Assembly: GCA_964501905.1 (NCBI GenBank) | Contig: CAZCTW010000002.1 | Coordinates: forward strand, 67,821-131,820 | DNA length: 64,000 nucleotides | Direction: 5' to 3' | Source of the DNA: an uncultured Thermofilaceae archaeon | Lineage (GTDB): Archaea > Thermoproteota > Thermoprotei > Thermofilales > B69-G16 | In this document: piece by piece, positions 37,631-47,526 of the stretch | Numbering within the stretch: the stretch's first letter is position 1 | How the letters are laid out: every line of letters starts with the position of its first letter | The notes under the pieces: generated by a model | What the model was told of the DNA's origin: nothing | Seen by the model: only the letters and a program-made list of their open reading frames with translations | Database searches by the model: none | Program-made: the position numbers and the translations under genes

Positions 37631-38864
37631 TCTCAAGATTTCTAAGAGCGCTTCTAGACTGGAATAGCGTAGGTAGAAGTATAAAACCTGCAAATGCCTT
37701 TAAAAGAGAGAATTCCGGAAGCTCGTTTTCTAGTAAAGTGATCGCAGCTAGCAGGGAAAAGAATATAGCAAAGGGGTATACCTTTGTCGCTCCTTTTACT
37801 CTGTCTAAGATTAGGATCAAAATAATCAAAGATAGAAGAGCTAACTCCAACACGTTCGCGGCGTCAATAGCTATAACAAAGAAAAAGGCTCTGCCTAAAT
37901 GTAAGGTGGGGGCAAACCCTATAAGTGCTAAGGAATAACCCGCTATTCTTAACAGCGAAAAAAACTTTGAGAATCCGCAACAACCGAATATCTTCAAGTA
38001 TTTTAAAGCAAAAAATATTTCGTCTACTGAAAGCATCGCGAAACTGCCGCCGAGCAGCAAGAAAGCTTCATTTTTTAAAAACCTATAAGCTTTAGCTGAG
38101 GCTATAGTCATATAAAATAATATTATTGCAGAGAAAAATGCCGTTACTCCCACAATTTTCTCAATAAAGGTATAGATTAAGGACTCCATTCCTAGACTCA
38201 AAACGGATATGAAGCTAAAAGATATGAGCACTAAGCCTAGGATCTCCTCTCCGTGTTTTACGATAAAGCTCTTAGATAATCTACCGTAAAACTTCCTAAT
38301 TTTCCCCGCAAATAAACCTAGGACTATTAAGGGAGTAGCTAGCCCTAGCGAAAACACACCCATGCCCGTCAATGCCAGAAATAAATTTAAGGCTTGATAG
38401 GTGGATTCTTTAAATACTATCATTAACGCCATTAGAATACTGCTTCCAGCACAAGGCGCTGCGATAATCGACATTAGAAATCCTATTAAGAAAGAGTTAG
38501 GCAAACCCCTTTTTATTTTAAGTTTAGGCACCCAAGCCTTGCTATATAGCTCTCTAAGAGGAGTAAACATGGCTATACCCAGAGCGTATATAAATACGCT
38601 CGTATAAAGTGTCGCCGTATCAATTGTGAAAAGCAGGTATTTAGATACGAAGTCCGCGGCAAAAACTGCCGCGATGCCGTACGCGGCGAAGCTAAGGTAT
38701 AGACCCAGCGTGAAGAAGAGCATAGATACGCTCTTCCAGGCTCTGCTCTTGCTAGTTCCTATAACGTAGGTTAGGAAAACCGGTATCATTGGGTAGATGC
38801 ATGGCTGAAAAACTGCTTGAAAACCTGCTATGTAGAGCGCTATTAAGTCTAGTAGGCTAAACAT
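37605..38864 (-). CDS. CcdA/DsbD-like thiol-disulfide transporter domain fused to additional TM helices
   Basis: The paired motifs FQPCIYPMIP and IIAAPCAGSS give the two conserved Cys-in-TM of CcdA/DsbD. About 200 extra C-terminal residues form a polytopic membrane region. Confidence 0.6.
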   Translation of the reverse strand: MFSLLDLIALYIAGFQAVFQPCIYPMIPVFLTYVIGTSKSRAWKSVSMLFFTLGLYLSFAAYGIAAVFAADFVSKYLLFTIDTATLYTSVFIYALGIAMFTPLRELYSKAWVPKLKIKRGLPNSFLIGFLMSIIAAPCAGSSILMALMIVFKESTYQALNLFLALTGMGVFSLGLATPLIVLGLFAGKIRKFYGRLSKSFIVKHGEEILGLVLISFSFISVLSLGMESLIYTFIEKIVGVTAFFSAIILFYMTIASAKAYRFLKNEAFLLLGGSFAMLSVDEIFFALKYLKIFGCCGFSKFFSLLRIAGYSLALIGFAPTLHLGRAFFFVIAIDAANVLELALLSLIILILILDRVKGATKVYPFAIFFSLLAAITLLENELPEFSLLKAFAGFILLPTLFQSRSALRNLEIILCSQSR

Positions 38865-38870
38865 GTTCTT

Positions 38871-39848
38871 TTATTTTAGAAGAATTTGAGAGTAAAAAGG
38901 TTTTTCAATTTTTCTAGCTACAAAAGCCATATAGCTAGCTATATAGAACACCGCTACATAGACTATAAGCGCGACTATGTTAACCCAAGAAGCCGCTAAG
39001 GCGTCAAGCATATTTGGGTATATTTTCATTCCACTGATAATCTCTGAGATAACCTCAGTTTGATTTCCAGGACCTTCTGTCGAAGTGGAGGCTAATGACG
39101 TGTATAGTTCCGCTTCGTAAACGGAGTTAAGAGCTCCGATTATAGAATTTATGTGGAATTCTGGAGTAATGGAAGTTATCATACTCCTGATTTCAGTCAT
39201 TTTCCTAAAGTATTCCTTGGTAGCCTCCGTCTCCGCCCCAACTGGCATCGGTCCCAGAAGAGCAAACGAGACGAAAACAGCTACTATCGGAAGTATTATC
39301 GTGAAAAGAAACCAGATGGCCAGCGACAACACTAAGCTTCTAGAAGCTTTATTGGATAACACTGAGAAGAACTGTGCTATAGAGTAGTACGCTATGGCGT
39401 ACAACGTTATGAAAACTAGGGATACCATAGCTCTCGCTAAATCTTGGAGAGTTACCGCTACACCCGTTAGCGAAATAGCTACTCCCAACATGAGGTAAAA
39501 CGCGCTAAATAAGACTAAGGCTATGGACGCAATGGCCCCTAAGGCCTTCCCGTTGATAACGTCTTCCCTATAAACTAGCCTAGCTAAGACCAATTTTAAA
39601 ATCCCCCTCTCCCTATCGCCAGCTATAACATCGTAACCCATAATCAACCCTAATATGCTAGCTACGAATTGTACAGATCCTACAAGCGACGTTATTAGCG
39701 ACACTAGCAGGTTTTCGCTAAGACTTCTGAGAACAAGGAAGTATATTGCAGTGAAATAGAAGAAGAAAATCGCAGTTACTACCAGTAGGCGTCGGCTTCT
39801 TATATTATCCGCGAATTCTCTCTCCGCTATAGCTAAAACCTTCCTCAT
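38871..39848 (-). CDS. ABC-2-type transporter permease
   Basis: The N-terminal AEREFADNIRSRRL is typical of ABC-2/NosY-like permeases. It has 6 or more TM helices and sits downstream of the ABC ATPase remnant. Confidence 0.6.
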   Translation of the reverse strand: MRKVLAIAEREFADNIRSRRLLVVTAIFFFYFTAIYFLVLRSLSENLLVSLITSLVGSVQFVASILGLIMGYDVIAGDRERGILKLVLARLVYREDVINGKALGAIASIALVLFSAFYLMLGVAISLTGVAVTLQDLARAMVSLVFITLYAIAYYSIAQFFSVLSNKASRSLVLSLAIWFLFTIILPIVAVFVSFALLGPMPVGAETEATKEYFRKMTEIRSMITSITPEFHINSIIGALNSVYEAELYTSLASTSTEGPGNQTEVISEIISGMKIYPNMLDALAASWVNIVALIVYVAVFYIASYMAFVARKIEKPFYSQILLK

Positions 39849-39922
39849 TTCTCTTTCACTTTATCGTGAAAATACGAAAATATATCAAGTCAAGAAGCAG
39901 GATACTCTTCATACGTTTTTAC

Positions 39923-40809
39923 TCAGAAACCTAGTTTATCCACGAATTCTATCACAGCATTTCTCCCATCCACGCTCTCTACCGTGATCACCAGCTTATC
40001 GAACTCCTCTTTCAAACTCAGCACGCCGAGCTTACTCTTATTCTCCAATATCTCATCAAAGGTCTTTTTAACGTTGATCGGGGAGCCTAAAGTTATCGTA
40101 AAAACCTCGCCCACCTCTTTCCTCACAATACCGGCTATTTCCTCGAAAGATCCCTGAACTAATATACGGCCTTTATAAAGTATGGCGGCGTGCGTACATA
40201 TCATTCCCACTTCCTGCAGTAAATGCGTGCTTATGAGGATAGTCTTTCCTTCCCTGGCTAACTCATACATCAACCTTCTAAAGTCTTCCGCACCAGCAGG
40301 ATCTAAACCCGCTGTCGGCTCATCCAGTAATAATAGCTCGGGGTTTTTAAGCAATGCTTGAGCCAAAACCAACCTCTACCTCATCCCTCTGGAGTACTCC
40401 TTAACCTTTTTATCTTTAAAACCGATTAAGCCGACGAGCTCTAGTACTTCCTCAACTCTTTCCGTTGCCTTTTCTCTTGGAATACCGTCTAGCTCAGCCA
40501 AATATAGCAGGTTTTCCTTCGCTGTTAAATCGTCGTAAAAGCCAAATCCTCAGGCACTAAGCCGACCTTTTCCCGTACTTTAACGGATTCTCTAACTATA
40601 TCGTATCCCAGTACTTTTCCAGACCCATTCGTAGGCAGTATTAAGCCGATTAGCATGGAGATAAGCGTAGTTTTACCAGCTCCATTATGGCCGAAAAGTC
40701 CGAATATGACTCCTTTAGGAACTTTTAAATTTACGCTATTTACCGCAACAACACCGTTCTTATAGATTTTCGTTAATTCATAAGTCTCTACAGCGTAGAT
40801 TTCTGTCAC
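39923..40809 (-). pseudogene. ABC transporter ATP-binding protein disrupted by one frameshift and one in-frame TAG
   Basis: The N-terminal fragment carries Walker A GHNGAGKTT (40525-40809). The C-terminal fragment carries Walker B LLLLDEPTAGLD and an H-loop (39923-40372). The missing middle reads through in the -1 frame (FYDDLTAKENLLYLAELDGIPREKATERVEEVLELVGLIGFKDKKVKEYSRGMR*RLVLAQA). Confidence 0.8.
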
Positions 40810-42599
40810 CTCTGCCCATATCTTCTATAAAGGAAGGCTAGCGCGATTATAACTAGGACTATCATTATGAGACCGACGTAAGCTATTTCACCTCGTTGTC
40901 TAACCCCTATTCTTAACAACCGTATAATTGAAATATCCTCGGCTTCTACCTTAAATTCTATAAAGTAGTCACCAGCAGTAGCTTCCGGGCTCACGCTCAC
41001 GGTTAATACGAAACGCCCGGTCTCGCCCGGCATTATTGCTGGAATTTCCTTAGGGTCTACTTCGACTTCTATATTTTTAGGCACGCTGGTAATTGTTACT
41101 TTAACATTGCTTATCGCGTTGTACCCCGTGTTTTTAACGTTTAGATAAAATTTTTCTTTAGATCCGGCGGTAGCTTCCATATAGAAGTTCTCGGTTAGTA
41201 TTTTCAACTCATACTTTCCAAGAATGTTTATCCCCAACTCGCTTTTCGCTTCGCTGGTTTCTCCTTTAGCAACGAGAGTAAAACATATGAAGCCGGGCTC
41301 TGTCCCGACGGGGATTGGTATGCTTATCTCTATCTCTTCTTCTCCGCCGCTCTCAAGGTATATCTGTCCTATTATGTTGCCGTTCTTATCTCTCAGCGTA
41401 TAAGTGTATGCCTCAGGGAGACCCTCTAATCTAAATGAGACTACTGTACTGGAGAGCCCTTCATTTCTAACCTTAACTTTAAATCTAGCGATGCCACCGG
41501 CGTAAGCGCTAGTGAAGGGAGTAGCTGTCTGCAGTTGAACGTCATCGTAGCCTTCAACTACATTTATCGTAAAGTTTATGACCGAGCATACTCCTAAGCC
41601 ACAAGCCTTAAGCGTTATTACCTCTTTTCCATAGCTAGCTTCAGGAGGAACTCTAATTCGGAGATGGGCTTCAATATACTGTCCTGGTTCCAAAAAGACT
41701 GTTGAAAAAGGTCTACCCTCTTTATCTCTTACCTCGGCACGCCATCCCTCAGGAGCTTCGGCGGAAAGTTCTAAAGCCGCGCTCTCTCCGAGATTATTAA
41801 CTACTTTAAAATTGAAAACAACTTGGCTGTCTTTTAAAGCCAGAGCATCTATGTATTCCGCTTCTATCAACTTCCAATCTCTTCTCTCAACTATGATATC
41901 GATAGGTACTCTATGAGTGAACACGCCTAGAATAGATAGAGTTACTGTATAATGCCCAACAGCAGTTCTTGGGACGTACACTACTAGATTATAGTAATTC
42001 TCCGCCCCCGGAGTTATTGAAAAACCTTCTACGCGTAGCCCCTCACTAGTTACTAACTCAGCCTCCCATCCCGCGGGGGTTTTTATCTCAACTAGGCAAA
42101 CCTCTTTCTCATACCCCTTGTTGGAAATCGTAAGCGGAATCTTTAGGACCTCGCCTTGTTTAGTTCTAAACTTATTTCCACTCGGCGTAATCTCTACCGC
42201 GTAATCCAGTTCTACCTCACCTAGCCAATAGGTAACAGCCTCGGTTAAGGATAAATCGAGTTTTATCTCTTTAGCTTCGTAACCCGGCGCTAAAAACTTA
42301 ATAAGTATGACCTCACGTTCTACGTAGAAGCTGAAATCTCCCTCGCTCCCCGTTTTCACTTGCGAAATTAAAGTATCCCCACGGTATACCTTTACAGTTG
42401 CTTCAGGGATCGGGTTTCCCCCCACGTCTACGAGTTTACCTTTAACATTGATCTTCTTCTGGTATGGTATGGCTCTGCCGACTGAAGCAAGCAAAATCAC
42501 GGCTAGTATCAGCGCCAACGAAGAAACTCTCCTATTTGAAGACATCACTATCATCATCGTTTTTAAATTAATAAAACTTCCTAAGCAACGAATCGACAT
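40806..42599 (-). CDS. Large secreted, C-terminally membrane-anchored protein with a carboxypeptidase-regulatory-like domain and repeated CARDB/NEW3-type beta-sandwich domains
   Basis: Signal/anchor VSSLALILAVILLASVGRA. GKLVDVGGNPIPEATVKVYRGD...SEGDFSF is CarboxypepD_reg-like. Repeated segments follow (F.V.V.N.G ...), and the C-terminal TM is VGLIMIVLVIIALAFLY. The true start is probably M15 (42557). The stop overlaps the ABC ATPase remnant. Confidence 0.6.
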   Translation of the reverse strand: MSIRCLGSFINLKTMMIVMSSNRRVSSLALILAVILLASVGRAIPYQKKINVKGKLVDVGGNPIPEATVKVYRGDTLISQVKTGSEGDFSFYVEREVILIKFLAPGYEAKEIKLDLSLTEAVTYWLGEVELDYAVEITPSGNKFRTKQGEVLKIPLTISNKGYEKEVCLVEIKTPAGWEAELVTSEGLRVEGFSITPGAENYYNLVVYVPRTAVGHYTVTLSILGVFTHRVPIDIIVERRDWKLIEAEYIDALALKDSQVVFNFKVVNNLGESAALELSAEAPEGWRAEVRDKEGRPFSTVFLEPGQYIEAHLRIRVPPEASYGKEVITLKACGLGVCSVINFTINVVEGYDDVQLQTATPFTSAYAGGIARFKVKVRNEGLSSTVVSFRLEGLPEAYTYTLRDKNGNIIGQIYLESGGEEEIEISIPIPVGTEPGFICFTLVAKGETSEAKSELGINILGKYELKILTENFYMEATAGSKEKFYLNVKNTGYNAISNVKVTITSVPKNIEVEVDPKEIPAIMPGETGRFVLTVSVSPEATAGDYFIEFKVEAEDISIIRLLRIGVRQRGEIAYVGLIMIVLVIIALAFLYRRYGQR

Positions 42600-42763
42600 A
42601 TATCAATTTTTTAAATATTCCCATTCGCATTAATACTCTACCGCAATTGATTAAAAACATTGGAAAAGCTACTATAAATTCTTAACAGCCGACGAAACCG
42701 GTAATCTTTCGTAAACTATTTGTGGGTTATTTTTTATACCAAGAATAAACTATCGGCGGCTTA

Positions 42764-43474
42764 ATGGCTATAAGAGAAAAACCGGTTAAAGTATCTGTGA
42801 ATCATGCATTAAAGAAATTTAAAATATGGATAACTGTTCTAGCTTTAAAACTCCTCCATATGCTAATGTCTGGGAAGACTTTCAAAATTAACAATGCAAG
42901 GGTGGAAGTTTGCAAAAATGTTTTTAGCCCAGTTTTTACCCTTTCTTCCAGTCTTTTAGCCAAAGTCTCAACAATTGAAGTGAGAAGCAATGATATAGTT
43001 TTAGACCTTGGTACTGGAAGTGGCGTGCTCTCTCTAATTCTGGCTAGAAAAAGCTTTTTCACTGTAGCTAGTGATATAAGCCTAGACGCTGCTCGTTGCG
43101 CGTTGAAAAATTTGAAGAAAAACTCGCTTAACGCTTTCTGTGACGTCGTAGCTTGCGATTTGACTTCCGCTTTCAGAGAAAAAGCTTTTTCTCTCGTAGT
43201 TTTTAACCCTCCCTACCTAGAAGGTAAGGCTAAGAACGCTTTGGAAAAAGCGTGGATTGATGATTCCCAGACAGCCAAAAGGTTTTTCTTAGATTCTAAA
43301 CGTGTATTGAAAAAATACGGGAGGATACTACTTGTATATTCGGACCTCGGCCCATTGGATCAACTGCTCGTAGAGGCAACGAAAGAGAATTGGTGGTTTG
43401 CGAAGATGACAGAGAGAAGAACGCTGTGGGAGACTCTGGCCGTGTTTAAATTTACGAGACCCTCGAAAGATTAG
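42764..43474 (+). CDS. HemK/PrmC-like N5-glutamine (NPPY) methyltransferase (Mtq2-like)
   Basis: SAM motif VLDLGTGSGVLSL and catalytic VVFNPPY. The start may be internal (MLMSGK). Confidence 0.75.
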   Translation: MAIREKPVKVSVNHALKKFKIWITVLALKLLHMLMSGKTFKINNARVEVCKNVFSPVFTLSSSLLAKVSTIEVRSNDIVLDLGTGSGVLSLILARKSFFTVASDISLDAARCALKNLKKNSLNAFCDVVACDLTSAFREKAFSLVVFNPPYLEGKAKNALEKAWIDDSQTAKRFFLDSKRVLKKYGRILLVYSDLGPLDQLLVEATKENWWFAKMTERRTLWETLAVFKFTRPSKD

Positions 43475-43603
43475 GAAAAAATGTATTATTCGACGAAAAG
43501 GAAAACGCAAAAAGTTCTATTTTTTAGGAAAAATATCGGAGAAAGTTTCATGCGTAATGTTTTTATATTACATAGTTGTATGAGGTATTCGGAGGTGAAT
43601 AAA

Positions 43604-43756
43604 GTGGAAACTTACGAAGGTTTCTGCGTAAAATGCCGCAAAAAGGTAACCATAAAGAACCCTGAAATAGTAACTTTAAAAAACAATAGGAAAGCCGTTA
43701 AGGGCGTTTGCCCGAACTGTGGAACCACCGTATATAGGTTTCTAGGAAAGGCCTAA
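43604..43756 (+). CDS. Small zinc-ribbon protein (DUF5679-like), about 50 aa
   Basis: CVKCRKK...CPNCGTTV. The GTG at 43604 is preceded by GGAGGTG 6 nt upstream, with ttttatatta at 43561. The longer ORF-track start at 43481 is unlikely. Confidence 0.55.
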   Translation: METYEGFCVKCRKKVTIKNPEIVTLKNNRKAVKGVCPNCGTTVYRFLGKA

Positions 43757-43788
43757 ACATAAAATCCAGATATTTCTTTACTATTCCT

Positions 43789-44400
43789 CTAGATTCTTCT
43801 TCTAGAAGAAGAATCATACTTTACCACTTTTTCTCCGATAGTATGGTAGCGATCCCCTCCAAGGTGTAAGATAGGCTTGAAATTTTTAGTATAAGTGTCT
43901 TTGAAAAATCCCTCCCGTACTTGAAAGCTTACAACTTCACCTATAAAGAGAGTATGATCACCAGCTTCTACCGATTTTACTACTTTACACTCCAGCGCTG
44001 CTACACACTCTGCTATGATCGGGGCTTTTATCTCTCTCCCTTTTATTGGCGTTAAACCCGTTTCCTTAAATTTATCTACATCTCTCCCCGAAACAGAACC
44101 ACAATACTTGACAGCATCTATCAAGTCTATGCTTGGAATGTTCACAGCAAATTCTCCGGTTTCAGATATTAACTCATGAGTATACCTTAACGGCGAAATG
44201 CTAACCGCTACTAAGGGCGGTCTAAAGGATACCGGAGTACACCAAGCCGCAGTCATAACGTTATATTTTCCTTCGGAAGACACCGATGTTATTAGCACGG
44301 CCATCTGTGGGTGTAAAAGCCTACAGATCCACAACTTATTCCCCCCGCTCTTGGTAGGATGCCTGGGTTTATATAAGTTAAGGGTATATCGTTTTAGCAT
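43789..44400 (-). CDS. Flavin reductase-like FMN-binding split-barrel protein
   Basis: LLHPQMAVLITSVSSEGKYNVMTAAW...PPLVAVSI is the flavin_reduct domain pattern. Confidence 0.75.
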   Translation of the reverse strand: MLKRYTLNLYKPRHPTKSGGNKLWICRLLHPQMAVLITSVSSEGKYNVMTAAWCTPVSFRPPLVAVSISPLRYTHELISETGEFAVNIPSIDLIDAVKYCGSVSGRDVDKFKETGLTPIKGREIKAPIIAECVAALECKVVKSVEAGDHTLFIGEVVSFQVREGFFKDTYTKNFKPILHLGGDRYHTIGEKVVKYDSSSRRRI

Positions 44401-45544
44401 CTATTAAGGTAAACGGTTGGATCACAGCACCTGCTTTGATACGAGATTTTGGGCCCATGAATACTCCTAACTTCCTCTTCTTCTTGATAATGCCCTGTAG
44501 CGGTAGTTCCCTTAATACCCGTTTTTCATCAGGCAGTTTGCTTAATACAGTCACCCTGGGCTCTACTACAGCTTTATAACCGAGGACACTGTCAACTATT
44601 AAGCTATAGGATCCCGCCGAAGCCTCGACCTGTAAGCTTGAGCGCTTTACCTCAGAGAATGCCCCCACTACAGCTCCTTCTTCTATGCTAGTGTATTTGC
44701 GTATAAAAGTGTTCATCCCTATAAATGCCCCCTTACCTATGTAGGCGGGACCCTTAATTACGGCGTTGTGGTCGATAACCGCGTTTTCCTCTATCACTAC
44801 TGGTCCTTCAATAACCGCTGTGGGCGCCACTTTGGCTTTGGAGCTTATGAGTGATTGTTTTAGGTCTCCTAGAACATAGCAGTTTGCGGCTATGATATCC
44901 CAGGGGTAGCCTATATCGACCCAATAGCCAGTCCAGTGGGCGACGAAAACTTTTGCTTCTTTGACTAGAGAAGCTAGGGAATCAGGGAGGTTTAACCCAT
45001 TATCCAAGAAATTAAGAAGCATGCTCGGGAGTACGTAGACTCCAGCTAGAGCGTAAGAGTACGCTTTTGGTAGCTTACGTGGTTCGTGGAACACGTCTAC
45101 AACTATGCTACCCTCTACTGCGGCTACTCCGTAGCTCTCCACGTCTACTACCGGGGCCGTAGATAACACCGCGTTTTCCCCTACGTTTACGTAAGTGTCT
45201 AAGACTAGCCTGTAAAAAGCTTTAGGTGCTACTATGTCTCCATAGGCCAAAACGAAGTATCTCAGATTTCTGAAATATTCTGCCGCTGATAGGATAGCTG
45301 CTTCCAATCCTTCACCGGTTTGATATATGACGCTTGCGTACATGCCCCATTTTCTAACTATGTGTTCTTCTACTCTCTCGTCCGATACTACTACTATTAA
45401 ATCATCCACCCCGGTCGAAACCAGCCCTTCGAGGACGTAGTCTATGACCGGTCTCCCGGCGACCCTCAGGAGGACTTTAGGGTAGTCTTGGGAAAGAGGA
45501 TACATGTTTAAACCTTTACCACCGGCTAGAACCAACCCCTTCAT
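44378..45544 (-). CDS. Sugar-1-phosphate nucleotidyltransferase with a C-terminal left-handed beta-helix (archaeal GlmU/ST0452-like)
   Basis: MKGLVLAGGKGLNMYPLS...PKVLLRVAGRPVIDY is the NTP-transferase motif. Hexapeptide repeats follow in the C-terminal half. It lies directly downstream of glmS. Confidence 0.8.
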   Translation of the reverse strand: MKGLVLAGGKGLNMYPLSQDYPKVLLRVAGRPVIDYVLEGLVSTGVDDLIVVVSDERVEEHIVRKWGMYASVIYQTGEGLEAAILSAAEYFRNLRYFVLAYGDIVAPKAFYRLVLDTYVNVGENAVLSTAPVVDVESYGVAAVEGSIVVDVFHEPRKLPKAYSYALAGVYVLPSMLLNFLDNGLNLPDSLASLVKEAKVFVAHWTGYWVDIGYPWDIIAANCYVLGDLKQSLISSKAKVAPTAVIEGPVVIEENAVIDHNAVIKGPAYIGKGAFIGMNTFIRKYTSIEEGAVVGAFSEVKRSSLQVEASAGSYSLIVDSVLGYKAVVEPRVTVLSKLPDEKRVLRELPLQGIIKKKRKLGVFMGPKSRIKAGAVIQPFTLIDAKTIYP

Positions 45545-47392
45545 TTACTCCACCGTTACTGTTTTTGCTAAATTACGAGGTTTGTCTGGATCGTAGCCTC
45601 TCGCGACGGCGGCGTAATAGGCTATAAGTTGGAGGGGTACCGCATATACTATGGTTCCGACAACAGGCTCTAACTTGGGCACTATTATAGCTTTATCAAG
45701 TCTCTCTCTTATGAAATCGGCTCCTTTGGGAATTACCCCTATAGTGTAGGCGCCTCTAGCCTTCATTTCTTCAATATTGCCCAACATATGTCTCTTCCAC
45801 TCATCTTCAAAAACTAAAAAGACTACAGGAAATCCCGGTTCTACAAGCGCTATAGGCCCGTGTTTGCTCTCGCCCGCAGGGTATGCTTCAGCGTGAATAT
45901 AGGCTATTTCCTTCAGTTTTAAAGCTCCCTCCATAGCTATAGGCAATCCTATTCCTCTTCCCAGGTAGAAAGCATTACTAGCAACTGCCATCTCCTCTCC
46001 TAGTTTTTTCGTAAAGCCTTCATACCTGGCCAGAATGTCAGATACCAGTGAAGGAACCTCTTTCAGAACTTTTCTCAATTTATCAGCTTCTTTTTTGCTA
46101 AGCTCTCCCGCTTTTTCAGCTACGGATATGGAGAGCCACGACAAAACCAGTAATTGCGTCGTGAACGTCTTGGTGGCGGCTACTCCTATTTCTGGCCCTG
46201 CTCTCGTGTATATAGTGTAGTGGCTCTCCCTGGGTATCGCGCTATCCATTACATTGGATACAGACACTACCTTAGCCCCCCTACTTTTGAAGACTCTTAT
46301 AGCCATTAGAGTATCTATTGTCTCTCCGCTTTGAGAGACCGCTATCACCACATCCCCTTCCTTAACCGATTTCCTGTACTTCTTGTATTCGCTTGAGATT
46401 AGAGAAATAGATGGAGTACCTGCCAACACGTTCAATAGGTAGTCTCCGACTAGGCAGGCGTGGTAACTCGTGCCTGCTGCGACGAAAAACACTTTTTCAG
46501 CCTCTAGAATTAAATCAGAGGCTTTTTCAACGCTTTCATCTAAGCCTCTGAGAGTATCCCTGAGAGCTCTAGGTTGTTCGTGTATTTCTTTTATCATAAA
46601 GTGGGGGTAACCTTCTTTCTTGGCCATATCGGGCGTCCAGTCTATTTTCCTAATCCTAGCCTTAACGTCTACCTTTTCGCCTTTTTCGTTTTCTAAGTAT
46701 ATCTCACTAGGGGTCACAAAGCCTACTTCCCCATCATAGACGACTATGATATCTCTTGTGTATTCTAGAAAAGCCGGTATGTCGGAAGCTATAAAGTTCA
46801 TCCCTCTGCCTACGCCTATCACCAGCGGCGAGTCTTTACGAGCAAAGAATATCTTGTCGGGCTCCTCTACGGTTATGACGCCGAACGCATAGCTACCTTT
46901 AATTCTCTTCAAAGCTTTTTTAAACGCAGAGAAAAAATCAACCTCTTCTTTTAGGCATTCCTCTATTAGGTGGGCTAAAACTTCCGTATCCGTCTCGCTG
47001 CGGAAAGTATGTCCTTTAGCCGTAAGCTCTTTTTTCAACTCTATGTAATTCTGTATTATGCCATTATGGACTACAGCTATCCTACCGCTACAATCAGTGT
47101 GGGGGTGAGCGTTTATATCACTAGGCGCTCCATGAGTCGCCCACCTCGTGTGCCCTATAACCGTCCACCCAAGTATCTTATCCAGCTTCATTCTTCTGTT
47201 AACCTCACTTATCTTCCCCTTACCCTTGCGCACCAGTATCTTACCTTCATAAACGGCGGCTACTCCTACACTGTCGTATCCTCTGTATTCAAGTCTTTCT
47301 AATCCCCCTTTCACAATTTCAGCAACTCGTAGTTTTACGCCGCCGCCTCTCTTAGCTGCGACCCCTATTATGCCGCAGGCCACATATTTCAC
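45545..47392 (-). CDS. glmS: Glutamine--fructose-6-phosphate aminotransferase (isomerising)
   Basis: CGIIGV Ntn nucleophile region, two SIS domains, and the C-terminal KPRNLAKTVTVE characteristic of GlmS. Confidence 0.95.
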   Translation of the reverse strand: MKYVACGIIGVAAKRGGGVKLRVAEIVKGGLERLEYRGYDSVGVAAVYEGKILVRKGKGKISEVNRRMKLDKILGWTVIGHTRWATHGAPSDINAHPHTDCSGRIAVVHNGIIQNYIELKKELTAKGHTFRSETDTEVLAHLIEECLKEEVDFFSAFKKALKRIKGSYAFGVITVEEPDKIFFARKDSPLVIGVGRGMNFIASDIPAFLEYTRDIIVVYDGEVGFVTPSEIYLENEKGEKVDVKARIRKIDWTPDMAKKEGYPHFMIKEIHEQPRALRDTLRGLDESVEKASDLILEAEKVFFVAAGTSYHACLVGDYLLNVLAGTPSISLISSEYKKYRKSVKEGDVVIAVSQSGETIDTLMAIRVFKSRGAKVVSVSNVMDSAIPRESHYTIYTRAGPEIGVAATKTFTTQLLVLSWLSISVAEKAGELSKKEADKLRKVLKEVPSLVSDILARYEGFTKKLGEEMAVASNAFYLGRGIGLPIAMEGALKLKEIAYIHAEAYPAGESKHGPIALVEPGFPVVFLVFEDEWKRHMLGNIEEMKARGAYTIGVIPKGADFIRERLDKAIIVPKLEPVVGTIVYAVPLQLIAYYAAVARGYDPDKPRNLAKTVTVE

Positions 47393-47526
47393 CGGTCATA
47401 ATTAACTATGCCAAGTCGTATTAATAGTTAATCTGTTTACCCGAATTATAGCATTATTTTGTCTGCCTATAAATTATCGAAAACTATTTTAATTAATATA
47501 ATAATTCTGCCAAACATGAGCTAAAA

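Noticed and set aside
40376-40378. In-frame TAG in the ABC ATPase, considered as possible pyrrolysine or readthrough
   Set aside because: No pyl genes or context are present, the position corresponds to a conserved Gln (CAG), and the same gene also carries a frameshift, so a pseudogene or sequencing error is the simpler reading.
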